This document shows positions 9,989 to 19,429 of a stretch of DNA of 53,826 nt, one piece after another. Below the pieces are notes generated by a model. That model worked only from the letters and a program-made list of their open reading frames with translations, made no database searches and had not been told where the DNA came from. The position numbers and the translations under genes are program-made. Source of the stretch: Mycobacteriaceae bacterium (GTDB taxonomy: Bacteria; Actinomycetota; Actinomycetes; Mycobacteriales; Mycobacteriaceae); assembly GCA_017882745.1 (NCBI GenBank), contig JADGOX010000305.1, forward strand, positions 1-53,826. Reading direction: 5' to 3'. Within the stretch, counting starts at the first letter, position 1. Each line of letters starts with the position of its first letter.

Positions 9989-11043
9989 CCGTTGACCTTT
10001 CCACCGGCAACCGCACGGGCGACGGCGTTGACCACGAAGGTGAGCACGAACAGCACGAAGCCCGCGGCGATGTAGGCGCCGGTAGACAGCGGTTGGCTGA
10101 ACTCCGAAGCAGCGGAGGCGATCTTCGAGGCGAAGGTGAACCCGCCGTCGAAGAGCGAGAAGGAGGCACCGACGCTGGAGGAACGCAGAACGATCAGCAC
10201 TGCCACGGTCTCGCCGAGCGCACGTCCCAGGCCGAGCATCGAGGCAGCGACCGTCCCGCTGCGACCGAAGGGGAGCACGGTCATCCGGATGACCTCCCAC
10301 TTGGTGGCGCCCAAGGCCTGTGCGGCCTCGATGTGCTCCTTCGGGGTCTGCCGGAACACCTCACGCGTGACCGCCGTGATGATCGGCAGGATCATCACGG
10401 CGAGCACTATCCCGGCGGTGAAAATCGTCCCGCCACCGCTGACGGAGACGTTGCCCGTCTTGAACAATGGGAACCAGCCGAAGTGACGGTTGACGAACTC
10501 CGCGACCGGGGTGAGCCTCGGCGCCAGAACCAGGATGCCCCACAGTCCGAAGATGATCGAGGGGACCGCAGCAAGCAGGTCGATCAAGCCCCCGAAGAAG
10601 TTCGCCAGTCGCTTGTTCGCGTACTGCGTCACGAACAGTGCGATACCCATGGCCACCGGAACCGCGATGAGCAGAGCGAACAGCGAGCTGAGAAGCGTGA
10701 CGATGAGCAGGCTGCGGATGCCGAACTTCATGTTGTTGATGTCACCGACGACGAAATCGTCAGAGGTCAGAAAGTTCACATGATCCGCGCGCAGCGAGGG
10801 CACAGCCTGCCACAGCAGGAACGCAGCGATCAGGACGATCGCGACGACGATGGAGATACCCGACGCGGTGGTCAGGTTCTTGAACACGAGGTCGGCGCGC
10901 CGGCCGGTGGACCGACGCTTCCCGAAGTCGGGTTCTGTTGGATTCGGCATACGACTCATCTTGCCCGCCTCACGTTGGCCGGACACCTCGGGTGCCCGGC
11001 CAACGCCATGAGGCAGATCAGGCCGGTGAGCCGTCGTGGCCAT
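9985..11043 (-). CDS. pstC: Phosphate ABC transporter permease
   Basis: [32 protein letters not shown]; exact start uncertain. Confidence 0.92.
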   Translation of the reverse strand: MATTAHRPDLPHGVGRAPEVSGQREAGKMSRMPNPTEPDFGKRRSTGRRADLVFKNLTTASGISIVVAIVLIAAFLLWQAVPSLRADHVNFLTSDDFVVGDINNMKFGIRSLLIVTLLSSLFALLIAVPVAMGIALFVTQYANKRLANFFGGLIDLLAAVPSIIFGLWGILVLAPRLTPVAEFVNRHFGWFPLFKTGNVSVSGGGTIFTAGIVLAVMILPIITAVTREVFRQTPKEHIEAAQALGATKWEVIRMTVLPFGRSGTVAASMLGLGRALGETVAVLIVLRSSSVGASFSLFDGGFTFASKIASAASEFSQPLSTGAYIAAGFVLFVLTFVVNAVARAVAGGKVNG

Positions 11044-11054
11044 CAGGGTGTCGT

Positions 11055-12185
11055 TCAGGCGATTGCGTTGACAGCTGTGGTGAGCTTGGCCTTGAACGAG
11101 TCAGGGACGGGGATGTATCCATTGGCGTCCAGGCCCTTCTGCCCTGCTCCGATCGCCACCTGCAGGAAGGCCTTGACTGCCTTGCCCTTCTCCGCGTCGG
11201 TGTACTTCGAGCAGACGACCTCGTAGGTGGCCAGCACGATGGGGTAGGCCCCCTGCACGGTCGGCTTGTAGAAGCTCGACGTGTCCAGGACCAGGTCGTT
11301 GCCCGTGCCCTTGACCTTGGCGCCGGCGATGGTCTTGCCCACCGAGTCGGTGCTGATCTGGACGGCGTCACCGCCGGCCGAGGTCTTGACCGAGGCCATC
11401 TGCAGCTTCTGCGCCTTGGCGAACGCCCACTCGTTGTAGGTGACCGCGCCGTCGGTGGCCTTCACAGCGGCGGCGGTGCCGTCGTTGCCCTTGGCGCCCT
11501 CGCCCACACCCCCGACAAAGGACTTGCCCGCGCCCTTGGTCCAGGCACCGTCCGATGCCGCCTGCAGGTACTGCTGGAAGTTGTCGGAAGTGCCCGACTC
11601 CTCACTGCGGAAGATCACCGTGACCTTGGTGCTGGGCAGCGATGCGCTCGGGTTCAGGGCCTTGATGGCCGGATCGTCCCAGCTGGTGATGGCCCCGGTG
11701 AAGATCTTCCCGAGCACCGGGCCGTCGAGGACCACGTTGTCGACGCCCTTGAGGTTGTAGCTCACAGCAATCGGTCCGAACACCACGGGCAGGTTCCACG
11801 CGTCGGCACCGTCACAGCGCGCCTTGGCCGACGCCACCTCACCCTTCGCGGCGCTGAGCGGCGAGTCGGAGCCGGCGAAGTCGGTCTGCTTGCCCACGAA
11901 CTCGGTGATGCCCGCACCGGAGCCGTTGCCGTTGTAGTCCAAGGACTTTCCGCTGCATGCATCCTGGTACGCGGTGATGAAGCGCTTCATCGCATTCGCC
12001 TGGGCGGTGGAACCGCTGGCCTTCAGGGTGGAGGCACCGCCGCATTGCACGTCGGACGCGCTCGAACTCGTGCTCGTCCCAGGGCTACTGGTGGCCGGGG
12101 AGTTGTTGTCTGAGCCACAGGCCGAGAGCAGGAGTGCACTGGCTGCCAGAAGGCTGAGAGCGGCACCGTTTCGCTTGAGCGTCAC
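11055..12185 (-). CDS. pstS: Phosphate-binding lipoprotein
   Basis: Lipobox [30 protein letters not shown]; GTG 12185 follows GGAGGA. Confidence 0.95.
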   Translation of the reverse strand: MTLKRNGAALSLLAASALLLSACGSDNNSPATSSPGTSTSSSASDVQCGGASTLKASGSTAQANAMKRFITAYQDACSGKSLDYNGNGSGAGITEFVGKQTDFAGSDSPLSAAKGEVASAKARCDGADAWNLPVVFGPIAVSYNLKGVDNVVLDGPVLGKIFTGAITSWDDPAIKALNPSASLPSTKVTVIFRSEESGTSDNFQQYLQAASDGAWTKGAGKSFVGGVGEGAKGNDGTAAAVKATDGAVTYNEWAFAKAQKLQMASVKTSAGGDAVQISTDSVGKTIAGAKVKGTGNDLVLDTSSFYKPTVQGAYPIVLATYEVVCSKYTDAEKGKAVKAFLQVAIGAGQKGLDANGYIPVPDSFKAKLTTAVNAIA

Positions 12186-12256
12186 CTGGGAGTCCTCCGC
12201 GTACGTTCGGGTAGTTCGCGACTGTCTGCCGCTCATCAAGCAAGGTATCCGGGTTC

Positions 12257-12296
12257 GGTGGACTGTCGGCCTAGTGCGGGTGAACGCAAGGTGAAC
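12257..12296 (-). promoter_or_regulatory. PHO-box-like (RegX3/PhoP-type) repeats upstream of pstS
   Basis: Minus strand GTTCACC-N4-GTTCACC, then GTCCACC exactly 22 bp further (11-bp register). Confidence 0.75.
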
Positions 12297-12330
12297 AACC
12301 GCGCGCTACGGCGTATCCTGCCCCACATTG

Positions 12331-13227
12331 CTATCGACCGTATGCGACGTCGACGTGGTACCTGGTGAATCCGAGCTTCGTGTAGGTGTGAACGGCTGCG
12401 GCGTTGTCGCCTTCGACGTACAGCAGCACCGTTCTGAGTCCGCGCGAGCGGAGATAGTGCAGTCCCGCCAGGGTCAGCACCCTGCCGAGCCCGCTGCCCT
12501 GTGCGTCCGGCGCCACTCCTACCACGTACACCTCGCCGAGCGCAGGCTGGCCGTCCTCCGACTCGTGCACCTTGGTCCAGTGGAAGCCCCGCAGCTCCCC
12601 GCTGTCCGAAACGGCGAGGAAGAACCCTTCGGCGTCGAACCACGGCTCCGCCCGGCGCTGGGCGAGCTCCTGCTCACCCCAACCGCCTTGCTCTGGGTGC
12701 CAGGCGAACGCTGCGTTGTTCACGGCGAGCACAGCGGCGTCGTCCACAGCTGGGACATAGGTTCGCAAGCGGATCCCGGCGGGCGCCTGCACCGGAGGCA
12801 GCTCGACGGCGGTGAGGTCCACACGCATCTGCCACAGCTCGCGCCGACTCACCAGTCCCAACTTCTCCGCCAAGCCCCGTGCGGCCACTCCGTTTCCGTG
12901 TGCCCACAGCCGCAGCTCGTCCCCACCAGCCCGCAACACCTCGGCGGCCAGTGCGGCGCCAATTCCCTGCCTGCGGTGCTCCGGGTGCACGACCAGCTCG
13001 GCGACCGGCGGGGCGGCGGTAAGGCTCGCGTAGCCGGTCACCGTTTCTCCAGACACGGCAAGGAGATGTTGCGGATGCCCTTCGGCTACGGCTGCGGACC
13101 GCAGGGCCAAGACCACCTGTTCCGATACCGGGGCGACCCCGTCGACACGGCTGGCCGCGTCGAGCAGCCCGTGAACCTGTGCTTGGTGAACCGCATCCAG
13201 TTGAGCCAGCCAGCTCGGCTCACTCAC
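12331..13227 (-). CDS. mshD: Mycothiol synthase (tandem GNAT)
   Basis: [44 protein letters not shown]. Confidence 0.95.
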   Translation of the reverse strand: MSEPSWLAQLDAVHQAQVHGLLDAASRVDGVAPVSEQVVLALRSAAVAEGHPQHLLAVSGETVTGYASLTAAPPVAELVVHPEHRRQGIGAALAAEVLRAGGDELRLWAHGNGVAARGLAEKLGLVSRRELWQMRVDLTAVELPPVQAPAGIRLRTYVPAVDDAAVLAVNNAAFAWHPEQGGWGEQELAQRRAEPWFDAEGFFLAVSDSGELRGFHWTKVHESEDGQPALGEVYVVGVAPDAQGSGLGRVLTLAGLHYLRSRGLRTVLLYVEGDNAAAVHTYTKLGFTRYHVDVAYGR

Positions 13228-13991
13228 GCCCGCATTCCGGTCAGCCGGGTGCTGCTGGGTGCTGGCGGGCCGTCATCGCCACGCTCGTCGTCCGGCGATC
13301 CCGCCTCGGATCCGGCTGCCCCCCTGCTCGGCCGCACCGCCTTGTATCCCACGTTGCGGACCGTGCCGATCAGCGCCTCCTGGTCGGCACCGAGCTTGGC
13401 CCGAAGCCGCCGTACGTGCACGTCCACGGTGCGGGTGCCACCGAAGAAGTCATATCCCCACACCTCGTGCAGCAGCTGCGCTCGGGTGAAGACCCGCCCC
13501 GCGTGCTGGGCGAGATACTTGAGCAGCTCAAATTCTTTGTAGGTGAGGTCCAGCGGTTTGCCACGCAGGCGGGCGCTGTAGGTGTCCTCGTCGATCACGA
13601 GCTCCCCGAGAGTGACCAATCCCGAGGCGTCGTCCGCATTGACTCGGATGCGCCGCCCCACCGACAGCCGCAGGCGCGCGTCAAGTTCGGCCGGCCCGGT
13701 TCCCGCAAGGAGAACGTCGTCGAGGCCCCACTCCGGGTTGACCGCCACCAGTCCGCCCTCGGTGAGCACCGCCACCACGGGCATGTTGACCGCGCCACCA
13801 CCCAGGAGGCGACACAACGCTCGCGCGGCGGCCAGATCGGTACGGGCATCGACCAGCGCGAGATCACAGGAACCGGCCTCAAGCAGCGCCGGCACTTGCG
13901 GTGCCACAGCACGAACTGAGTGTGCCAGCAGAGCAAGTGCCGGCAGGACCGTGTCCGGATCGGGGTCGGCGGTCAGCAACAACAGGTCCAT
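13224..13991 (-). CDS. glnR: Nitrogen regulator GlnR (atypical OmpR family)
   Basis: [48 protein letters not shown]; conserved glnR-mshD coupling. Confidence 0.9.
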   Translation of the reverse strand: MDLLLLTADPDPDTVLPALALLAHSVRAVAPQVPALLEAGSCDLALVDARTDLAAARALCRLLGGGAVNMPVVAVLTEGGLVAVNPEWGLDDVLLAGTGPAELDARLRLSVGRRIRVNADDASGLVTLGELVIDEDTYSARLRGKPLDLTYKEFELLKYLAQHAGRVFTRAQLLHEVWGYDFFGGTRTVDVHVRRLRAKLGADQEALIGTVRNVGYKAVRPSRGAAGSEAGSPDDERGDDGPPAPSSTRLTGMRA

Positions 13992-14098
13992 GCGGCCTCC
14001 CGATTATTCAAGCGTCCACCCAAGAATAGCCGTGCGCACCAATAGGCCGGACACACCGAGGGGACAGAGAGCTCCACACCATCGTGGAGGATGGGGGG

Positions 14099-14872
14099 GT
14101 GCGCACCTTCCTCTTCTCCTTGATCGGGCTCGTTCTCGTCGCGGTGCTGGCCGACTACGGGACGGCTGCGTACGCGGAGTACCAGGTGTCGAAGGAGATC
14201 CGGCACGAGCTGTCACTGGACACCGACCCCGACGTGCGAGTCACCGGCTTCCCCTTCCTCACCCAGGTTGCGGACAGCGATTTCAGCCAGGTCAATGTTC
14301 GGGCCGTCGGCGTTCCGATGGCATCGCTGGGGAAGGTGACGGTCGAGGCGACGTTGTGGGACGCGAAGGTGCAGGCCTCACAGATCTTCGGCGGGAACCT
14401 GAACAATATCGTCGTCGGCGAACTGGACAGCAGAATTCGCATCGACGACACCCAACTGGGCCAGCTCATCGGCATCTCCGATCTGAAGGTGTCTGCCCCC
14501 GTGGCCGACCCCTCGCTCGGCACCAGTGGCGGCGGGGCATACCAGGTGCCCAAGAGCGGCATCGTGCTCACCGGGACGGTTAAGCTCGGCGGCGTGCTGA
14601 AACAGCAGGTAAGCGTCAACGCCGACCTCGCCCTCGAAGGCAAACAAGTGCGCATCATCGCCACCGGCTTTGCGCTGGGCGGCCGGTCGAGCAAGTCGAT
14701 GACCCTCGCGCCACCCCTGGCCGAGATCGCGATGCAGATGTTCTCCGTCACCCTCGACTCCGACTACCTGCCCTTCGGCATCGCCCCCACCACGGTGCAC
14801 GCCGAAGGCGCGGACATCGTGGTGGAGGGCAAGGGCACCAACGTCCATATCATCCGGCCGTCCCGCTCATGA
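14099..14872 (+). CDS. lmeA: LmeA/DUF2993 family envelope phospholipid-binding protein
   Basis: N-terminal TM then ADYGTAAYAEY...DPDVRVTGFPFLTQ...LPFGIAPT; synteny glnR-lmeA-thiX. Confidence 0.8.
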   Translation: MRTFLFSLIGLVLVAVLADYGTAAYAEYQVSKEIRHELSLDTDPDVRVTGFPFLTQVADSDFSQVNVRAVGVPMASLGKVTVEATLWDAKVQASQIFGGNLNNIVVGELDSRIRIDDTQLGQLIGISDLKVSAPVADPSLGTSGGGAYQVPKSGIVLTGTVKLGGVLKQQVSVNADLALEGKQVRIIATGFALGGRSSKSMTLAPPLAEIAMQMFSVTLDSDYLPFGIAPTTVHAEGADIVVEGKGTNVHIIRPSRS

Positions 14873-15351
14873 CCGGCATGTGGGTGCTCCTCGCGGCGTT
14901 TGCGGTGGCCGCGGTCACAGGCCTGGTTCTTCGCCGACGGTCTGGGACGGTGCGCGTCGTCGACTTCCCTCGCGTCGCGCCTGAGTCCGAGCACCTGACC
15001 GCACACCTCCTCGAGGCAGGCCTGGCGGACGCAGGCAAGACCGACCTCCCACCGGCCCCACTCATCCTGCATTTCTCGGCGTCCTGGTGTGGCCCTTGCG
15101 TGGCCGTGCGCGAGCTCGTGGACAAGCTCGCCGATGAGCTCCCCTCGGTTCGGCACATCGAGGTCGACGTTGCCGAGCACCCCCAGTTGTCGAGCGAGCT
15201 TCGGGTGCTGTCCCTGCCCACCGTGCTCGTCTACGACGCCGACATGCGGCAGCGCTTCCGGGTGGCCGGCACGCCCAGCGCAGCCGATCTGCGCGCGGTG
15301 CTGCTTCCGCTGTTCGATGGCGGTAACGCCACTGCGCCCACGTCCGGGTAG
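14869..15351 (+). CDS. thiX: Membrane-anchored thioredoxin (ThiX-like)
   Basis: HFSASWCGPC motif, SLPT cis-Pro loop, N-terminal TM. Confidence 0.85.
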   Translation: MTGMWVLLAAFAVAAVTGLVLRRRSGTVRVVDFPRVAPESEHLTAHLLEAGLADAGKTDLPPAPLILHFSASWCGPCVAVRELVDKLADELPSVRHIEVDVAEHPQLSSELRVLSLPTVLVYDADMRQRFRVAGTPSAADLRAVLLPLFDGGNATAPTSG

Positions 15352-15361
15352 AGTGCGCGAC

Positions 15362-15448
15362 GTGTTCACCTGGCATGAGCTGCTGCTCACCCGTCGCCGC
15401 ACAGTAGATCTGTGTCGCGTCGGCAGCGCGCCGTGCTGTATGCGCTGA
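15362..15448 (+). CDS. Leaderless Cys-containing attenuator leader peptide (Ms5788A-like), 28 aa
   Basis: VFTWHELLLTRRRTVDLCRVGSAPCCMR*; LTxRRxVDLCR core; TAGAGT -10 at 15349-15354, 7 nt before GTG; precedes DUF4395-cysA-sseC. Confidence 0.85.
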   Translation: MFTWHELLLTRRRTVDLCRVGSAPCCMR

Positions 15449-15525
15449 GCTGACCTGCCTGAGGTATCCCCGGGGTCAGCTCGCTATGGCCCCGTTCGCC
15501 TCCCATTCTGCGCAGGAGCACCTCT

Positions 15526-16011
15526 GTGTCCACCATCAGCTCAACCTCCCCACAATCCCGCAAGCCGGCCGGCATCGACCAGGTCGATGTGCGGGGTCCG
15601 CGCGTCGCGGCCTGGATCACCACGTTTGTACTGGCGACCGTCCTGCTCACCGGTAGCTGGGTTCTACTGGCGCTGCAGGCAGCGGTGTTTGCCACGGGCA
15701 CGGCGCTCGGCCCGCGCCGCAGCCCGTACGGACTGCTCTACGCCCGGCTCGTCGCGCCTCGCCTGAGCCCCACCACTGAGCGCGAGCCGGTGGCCCCGCT
15801 GCGCTTCGCACAGGGTGTCGGCTTGGCGTTCGCGGTGGTGGGCACCGTGGCATACGTGTCGGGCGCGCCCGTTCTGGGCGCCGTCGCCACCGGCGCTGCA
15901 CTGGTGGCAGCGCTGCTCAACGCAGCCTTCGGCATCTGCCTCGGGTGCCAGATCTACCCGCTCGTCGCACTGGTCCGCGCCCGCCGGGCCGCACCCGTGC
16001 CCACTCGCTGA
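15526..16011 (+). CDS. DUF4395 membrane protein
   Basis: VDVRGPRVAAWIT, PLRFAQGVG, LNAAFGICLGCQIY. Confidence 0.88.
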   Translation: MSTISSTSPQSRKPAGIDQVDVRGPRVAAWITTFVLATVLLTGSWVLLALQAAVFATGTALGPRRSPYGLLYARLVAPRLSPTTEREPVAPLRFAQGVGLAFAVVGTVAYVSGAPVLGAVATGAALVAALLNAAFGICLGCQIYPLVALVRARRAAPVPTR

Positions 16012-16061
16012 GCCACCCACACAAGCTCATCCATCCATGTCTCAACCCTGAAAGGACCCCC

Positions 16062-16898
16062 ATGAGCCGCTCCGACGTACTTATCGACGCTGACTGGGCA
16101 GAGCAGAATCTCAACACCGATGGCGTCGTCTTCGTCGAGGTGGACGAGGACACCAGCGCCTACGACGACGGACACATCGCCGGCGCAGTCAAGCTGGACT
16201 GGACCACCGACCTGCAGGATCCGAACTCGCGCGACGTCATCGACCGTGAGACCTTCAGCGCACTGCTGTCCGCCAAGGGCATCAGCAACGACGACACCGT
16301 GGTTCTCTACGGCGGCAACAACAACTGGTTCGCCGCCTACGCGTACTGGTACTTCAAGCTCTACGGCCACCAGGACGTCAAGCTGCTCGACGGCGGACGC
16401 AAGAAGTGGGAGCTCGACGGCCGCGAGCTCACCGCCGAGAAGGTCAACCGTCCCGCCACCACCTACGTCGCCAAGGAGCGCGACCTGTCGCTGCGCGCCT
16501 TCCGCGACGAGGTGATCGACGCCATCGGCTCGAAGAACCTGGTGGACGTCCGCTCCCCCGATGAGTTCTCCGGCAAGATCGCCGCCCCGGCGCATCTTCC
16601 GCAGGAGCAGGCACAGGGACGCGGCCACGTTCCGGGCGCCATCAATGTGCCCTGGAGCAAGGCAGCCAACGAGGATGGCACCTTCCGTTCCGACGACGAG
16701 CTGAGCGCCCTGTACAGCGCCGCAGGGCTGGACGGGGACAAGGCAACCATCGCCTACTGCCGGATCGGCGAGCGCTCGAGCCACACCTGGTTCGTGCTGA
16801 AGGAGATCCTCGGACACAAGAACGTCAAGAATTACGACGGCAGCTGGGTGGAGTACGGCTCCCTCGTCGGCGCCCCGATCAGCCGCGAGGTGAACTGA
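16062..16898 (+). CDS. cysA2: Thiosulfate sulfurtransferase (tandem rhodanese, CysA2/SseA-like)
   Basis: GHIAGAVKLDW, active site YCRIGERSS, NYDGSWVEYG. Confidence 0.93.
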   Translation: MSRSDVLIDADWAEQNLNTDGVVFVEVDEDTSAYDDGHIAGAVKLDWTTDLQDPNSRDVIDRETFSALLSAKGISNDDTVVLYGGNNNWFAAYAYWYFKLYGHQDVKLLDGGRKKWELDGRELTAEKVNRPATTYVAKERDLSLRAFRDEVIDAIGSKNLVDVRSPDEFSGKIAAPAHLPQEQAQGRGHVPGAINVPWSKAANEDGTFRSDDELSALYSAAGLDGDKATIAYCRIGERSSHTWFVLKEILGHKNVKNYDGSWVEYGSLVGAPISREVN

Positions 16899-17197
16899 TG
16901 TGCGGCGCACCGGCGCAGACACCGGACCTGCCCGCAGGCACCAACCTGGACAAGGAGACTGTGATCGCCGGACGCGTCACTGCTGGCGGTGAGCCCGTCG
17001 GCGGTGCGTTCGTCCGGCTGCTCGACGACACCGGCGAGTTCACCGCCGAGGTGGTCGCCTCGGCCACCGGCGACTTCCGCTTCTTCGCCGCGCCAGGCGA
17101 GTGGACACTCCGGGCACTCAGCCGCGTCGGCACCGGGACGGTATCGGTCAACCCCCAGGCCCCCGGCCTGCACGCCGTGGACGTTGTCGTGGCCTGA
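16898..17197 (+). CDS. sseC: DUF1416 protein SseC
   Basis: AFVRLLDDTGEFTAEVVASATGDFRFFAAPG; TGATG overlap with cysA2. Confidence 0.9.
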   Translation: MCGAPAQTPDLPAGTNLDKETVIAGRVTAGGEPVGGAFVRLLDDTGEFTAEVVASATGDFRFFAAPGEWTLRALSRVGTGTVSVNPQAPGLHAVDVVVA

Positions 17198-17228
17198 CCC
17201 CCACCCACTCAGGGACGACGGTCACCAC

Positions 17229-17270
17229 CCTCGCCTCCGCAGCACCCTCACCGGTGTTGCGGAGGCGAGG
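17229..17270 (+). terminator. Strong hairpin after sseC
   Basis: 18-bp stem CCTCGCCTCCGCAGCACC / GGTGTTGCGGAGGCGAGG (one G-U), 6-nt loop. Confidence 0.75.
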
Positions 17271-17288
17271 TGCGTTTAGAGTGAACGT

Positions 17289-17387
17289 GTGGAAATCACC
17301 TACACGGTCCTCTTGGCACTCGACGCCCTGCTCATCACGTTCTTCGCGCTGTTCGTCATCCACCGCGTGATCACCAACGAGCCGTGA
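17289..17387 (+). CDS. Leaderless 32-aa single-TM small protein
   Basis: [32 protein letters not shown]; TAGAGT 6 nt before GTG; stop overlaps next start (GTGA). Confidence 0.7.
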   Translation: MEITYTVLLALDALLITFFALFVIHRVITNEP

Positions 17388-18061
17388 GCGACACCGTTCC
17401 CGAGGAGCAAGCAGCGTCAGACCCTTCGTCGGCCTCGACCGACTCCGGTGACGGAGCGCTGCAGGCCGCCGAGGAGCGCGCGCAGCGCACCCGGTCGCGG
17501 AACATTCCGCAGCTGTCCGGGCTGCCGGTACCCGACGACACCGCGAACCTGCGTGAGAGCGCCGATCTCAATCCGGCGCTGCTCGCGCTGCTACCGCTGG
17601 TCGGGGTGTGGCGCGGCGAGGGCGAAGCCAGCTATCCCACCATCGACACCTACCGATTTGGCCAGCAGATCGTCGTTGCGCATGATGGTCGCGGATTTCT
17701 GACCTGGGAGTCGCGCTCCTGGATTCTCGATGCGGACGGTGCATTCCTCCGACAGGCTGCCCGGGAGTCGGGCTTCTGGCGGGTCAACACGAGCGACGAC
17801 GGCAACGACACACTGGAGCTGCTGCTCACCCACAGCACCGGCATCATCGAGTTGTACTACGGTGCACCGCTGAACCAGTCGTCGTGGGAGCTCGCCACCG
17901 ACGTGGTACTGCGAACCGAGTCCGCCAAAGAGGTCACCGCGGCCAAGCGGCTGTACGGACTCATCGAGGGCGGGGACCTCGGCTACGTGGAGGAACGGGC
18001 CATGATGGGCCAGCACCTGCAGGCCCACCTGTCCGCACGCCTGACCCGCTACGCGGGCTAG
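17384..18061 (+). CDS. FABP-like/nitrobindin (THAP4-like, Rv0813c-type) beta-barrel protein
   Basis: [24 protein letters not shown]-terminal HLSARL. Confidence 0.9.
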   Translation: MSDTVPEEQAASDPSSASTDSGDGALQAAEERAQRTRSRNIPQLSGLPVPDDTANLRESADLNPALLALLPLVGVWRGEGEASYPTIDTYRFGQQIVVAHDGRGFLTWESRSWILDADGAFLRQAARESGFWRVNTSDDGNDTLELLLTHSTGIIELYYGAPLNQSSWELATDVVLRTESAKEVTAAKRLYGLIEGGDLGYVEERAMMGQHLQAHLSARLTRYAG

Positions 18062-18062
18062 T

Positions 18063-18914
18063 TCACGCCCCCGCGAGCAGCTGCTGCAGCTCCGTGGTCA
18101 GCCTTGCTCCGGTCGCGGCGTCGCCCAGTGCTTCCCCGTCGAGGGTGTGCACGCGGGCGAGCAGTCGGATGCTGGAGGCCAGCCACACCCCGTCGGCCGT
18201 CAGCAGATCTTCCGCACGGACCGGACCCACCTCACATTCCCACCCTGCGCGCTCCGCCGCTCGAAAGAGCACACCCTGCGTGGTGCCGGGCAAGATCCCG
18301 GCTTCGGCTGGGGGTGTACGCAGCGTTCTCCCCGTCGCGAGCACCACCGTTGATGTCGGGCCCTCGAGGACGTAGCCGTCGGTGCTGGTGAACACGACGT
18401 CCTCGGCTCCGAGACGGCCGGCGTGCCGCAACGCGGCCATGTTCACCGCATAGGACAGCGTCTTGGCTCCGAGCAGCAACCAGGGCGCCCGTTCGGCCGC
18501 GTCGCTGGACACCCCGCGGTCGAGGGTCACCGCCGCAAGGCCGTTCGTCTGCTGGGCCAGCACGGTGGCCGAGATCGGCGAGCCGGTGGCATAACCCGTC
18601 GCGGTGCCGCTGCTCTCCCCGCCGCGGCTCAGTATGAGACGGAGCGCGAAGTCGTCCTTGCCCACCCAGTGCTCGACAACTGCGGCAATACAGCCACGCC
18701 AGCGGTCCAGATCCGGTTCGGGCAGGTCCAGCATGGCGGCCGACCGCGCCAGCCGGGCAAGGTGCGGGCCCTCCTCGCGGGCGGCCCCGTCACGGACCAG
18801 CAGCGTCTCGAACACGCCGTCGCCCCGCACAGCGGCAAGATCATCTGCTGTCAGCAAGGGCAGCTTCGGGTCGAGCACAGTTCCGTCCAAGGTCACCAGC
18901 ACCTGTACAGCCAT
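18063..18914 (-). CDS. PLP fold-type IV enzyme (aminodeoxychorismate lyase / D-amino-acid transaminase, Rv0812-like)
   Basis: RGDGVFETL, GAKTLSYAVN (PLP Lys), LEGPTS, GILPGTT. Confidence 0.88.
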   Translation of the reverse strand: MAVQVLVTLDGTVLDPKLPLLTADDLAAVRGDGVFETLLVRDGAAREEGPHLARLARSAAMLDLPEPDLDRWRGCIAAVVEHWVGKDDFALRLILSRGGESSGTATGYATGSPISATVLAQQTNGLAAVTLDRGVSSDAAERAPWLLLGAKTLSYAVNMAALRHAGRLGAEDVVFTSTDGYVLEGPTSTVVLATGRTLRTPPAEAGILPGTTQGVLFRAAERAGWECEVGPVRAEDLLTADGVWLASSIRLLARVHTLDGEALGDAATGARLTTELQQLLAGA

Positions 18915-18982
18915 GGTTCGACCCTACTGGCCCCGGCCTGCGGGCACGTCCGGGTCCAGGACGGACGCCTACGATGAGTGTT

Positions 18983-19429
18983 GTGATCGAGCCACATGCG
19001 GGACTTCGGGGAACCCTGCACGAACGGGGCATGCGGTCGACGCCGCAGCGCCAGATGGTGCTCGACGCGGTCCGCCAACTCGGCCACGCCACACCCGAGA
19101 CAATCTGTGCCTGCGTGCAGCAGTCCGCGCCCGCGGTGAACATCAGCACGGTCTACCGCACGCTGGACCTGCTCGAGGAGATCGGGCTGGTCCGCCACAC
19201 CCACCTCGGCCACGGCGCGCCGACCTACTCCAGCGAGGCCCACGAACACGTGCACCTGGTGTGCCACCAGTGCCAGCGCGTGATCGAGATCGACCCCGCC
19301 GCGCTGGCTCCGCTCGCCGCCGTTCTCGATACCACCCACGGGTTCGTGCTGGACCCCGCGCATCTTGCCCTCTCGGGCCGGTGTGCCGAATGCACAGCCT
19401 CCGAATCCCCAGCGAAGGAATCCGAGTGA
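18983..19429 (+). CDS. nur: Fur-family metalloregulator, Nur (nickel uptake regulator)-like
   Basis: TPQRQMVL..GHATPE..NISTVYRTL..HTHLGHGAPTY..HEHVHLVC..H..GRC closely resembles Streptomyces Nur as recalled; start may be 18974 or leaderless GTG 18983. Confidence 0.78.
   Translation: MIEPHAGLRGTLHERGMRSTPQRQMVLDAVRQLGHATPETICACVQQSAPAVNISTVYRTLDLLEEIGLVRHTHLGHGAPTYSSEAHEHVHLVCHQCQRVIEIDPAALAPLAAVLDTTHGFVLDPAHLALSGRCAECTASESPAKESE

Noticed and set aside
8126-10075. 649-aa + strand ORF
   Set aside because: Antisense shadow of pstB/pstA caused by high-GC codon bias; no recognisable motifs
14072-14089. CTCCAC-N6-GTGGAG inverted repeat over the lmeA SD, between glnR and lmeA
   Set aside because: Only 6 bp in GC-rich DNA; cannot be distinguished from chance
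18604-19425. Long N-terminal extension of ygfZ suggesting a fusion or frameshift
   Set aside because: Overlaps pabC-like and nur genes; the real start GTG 19426 overlaps the nur stop
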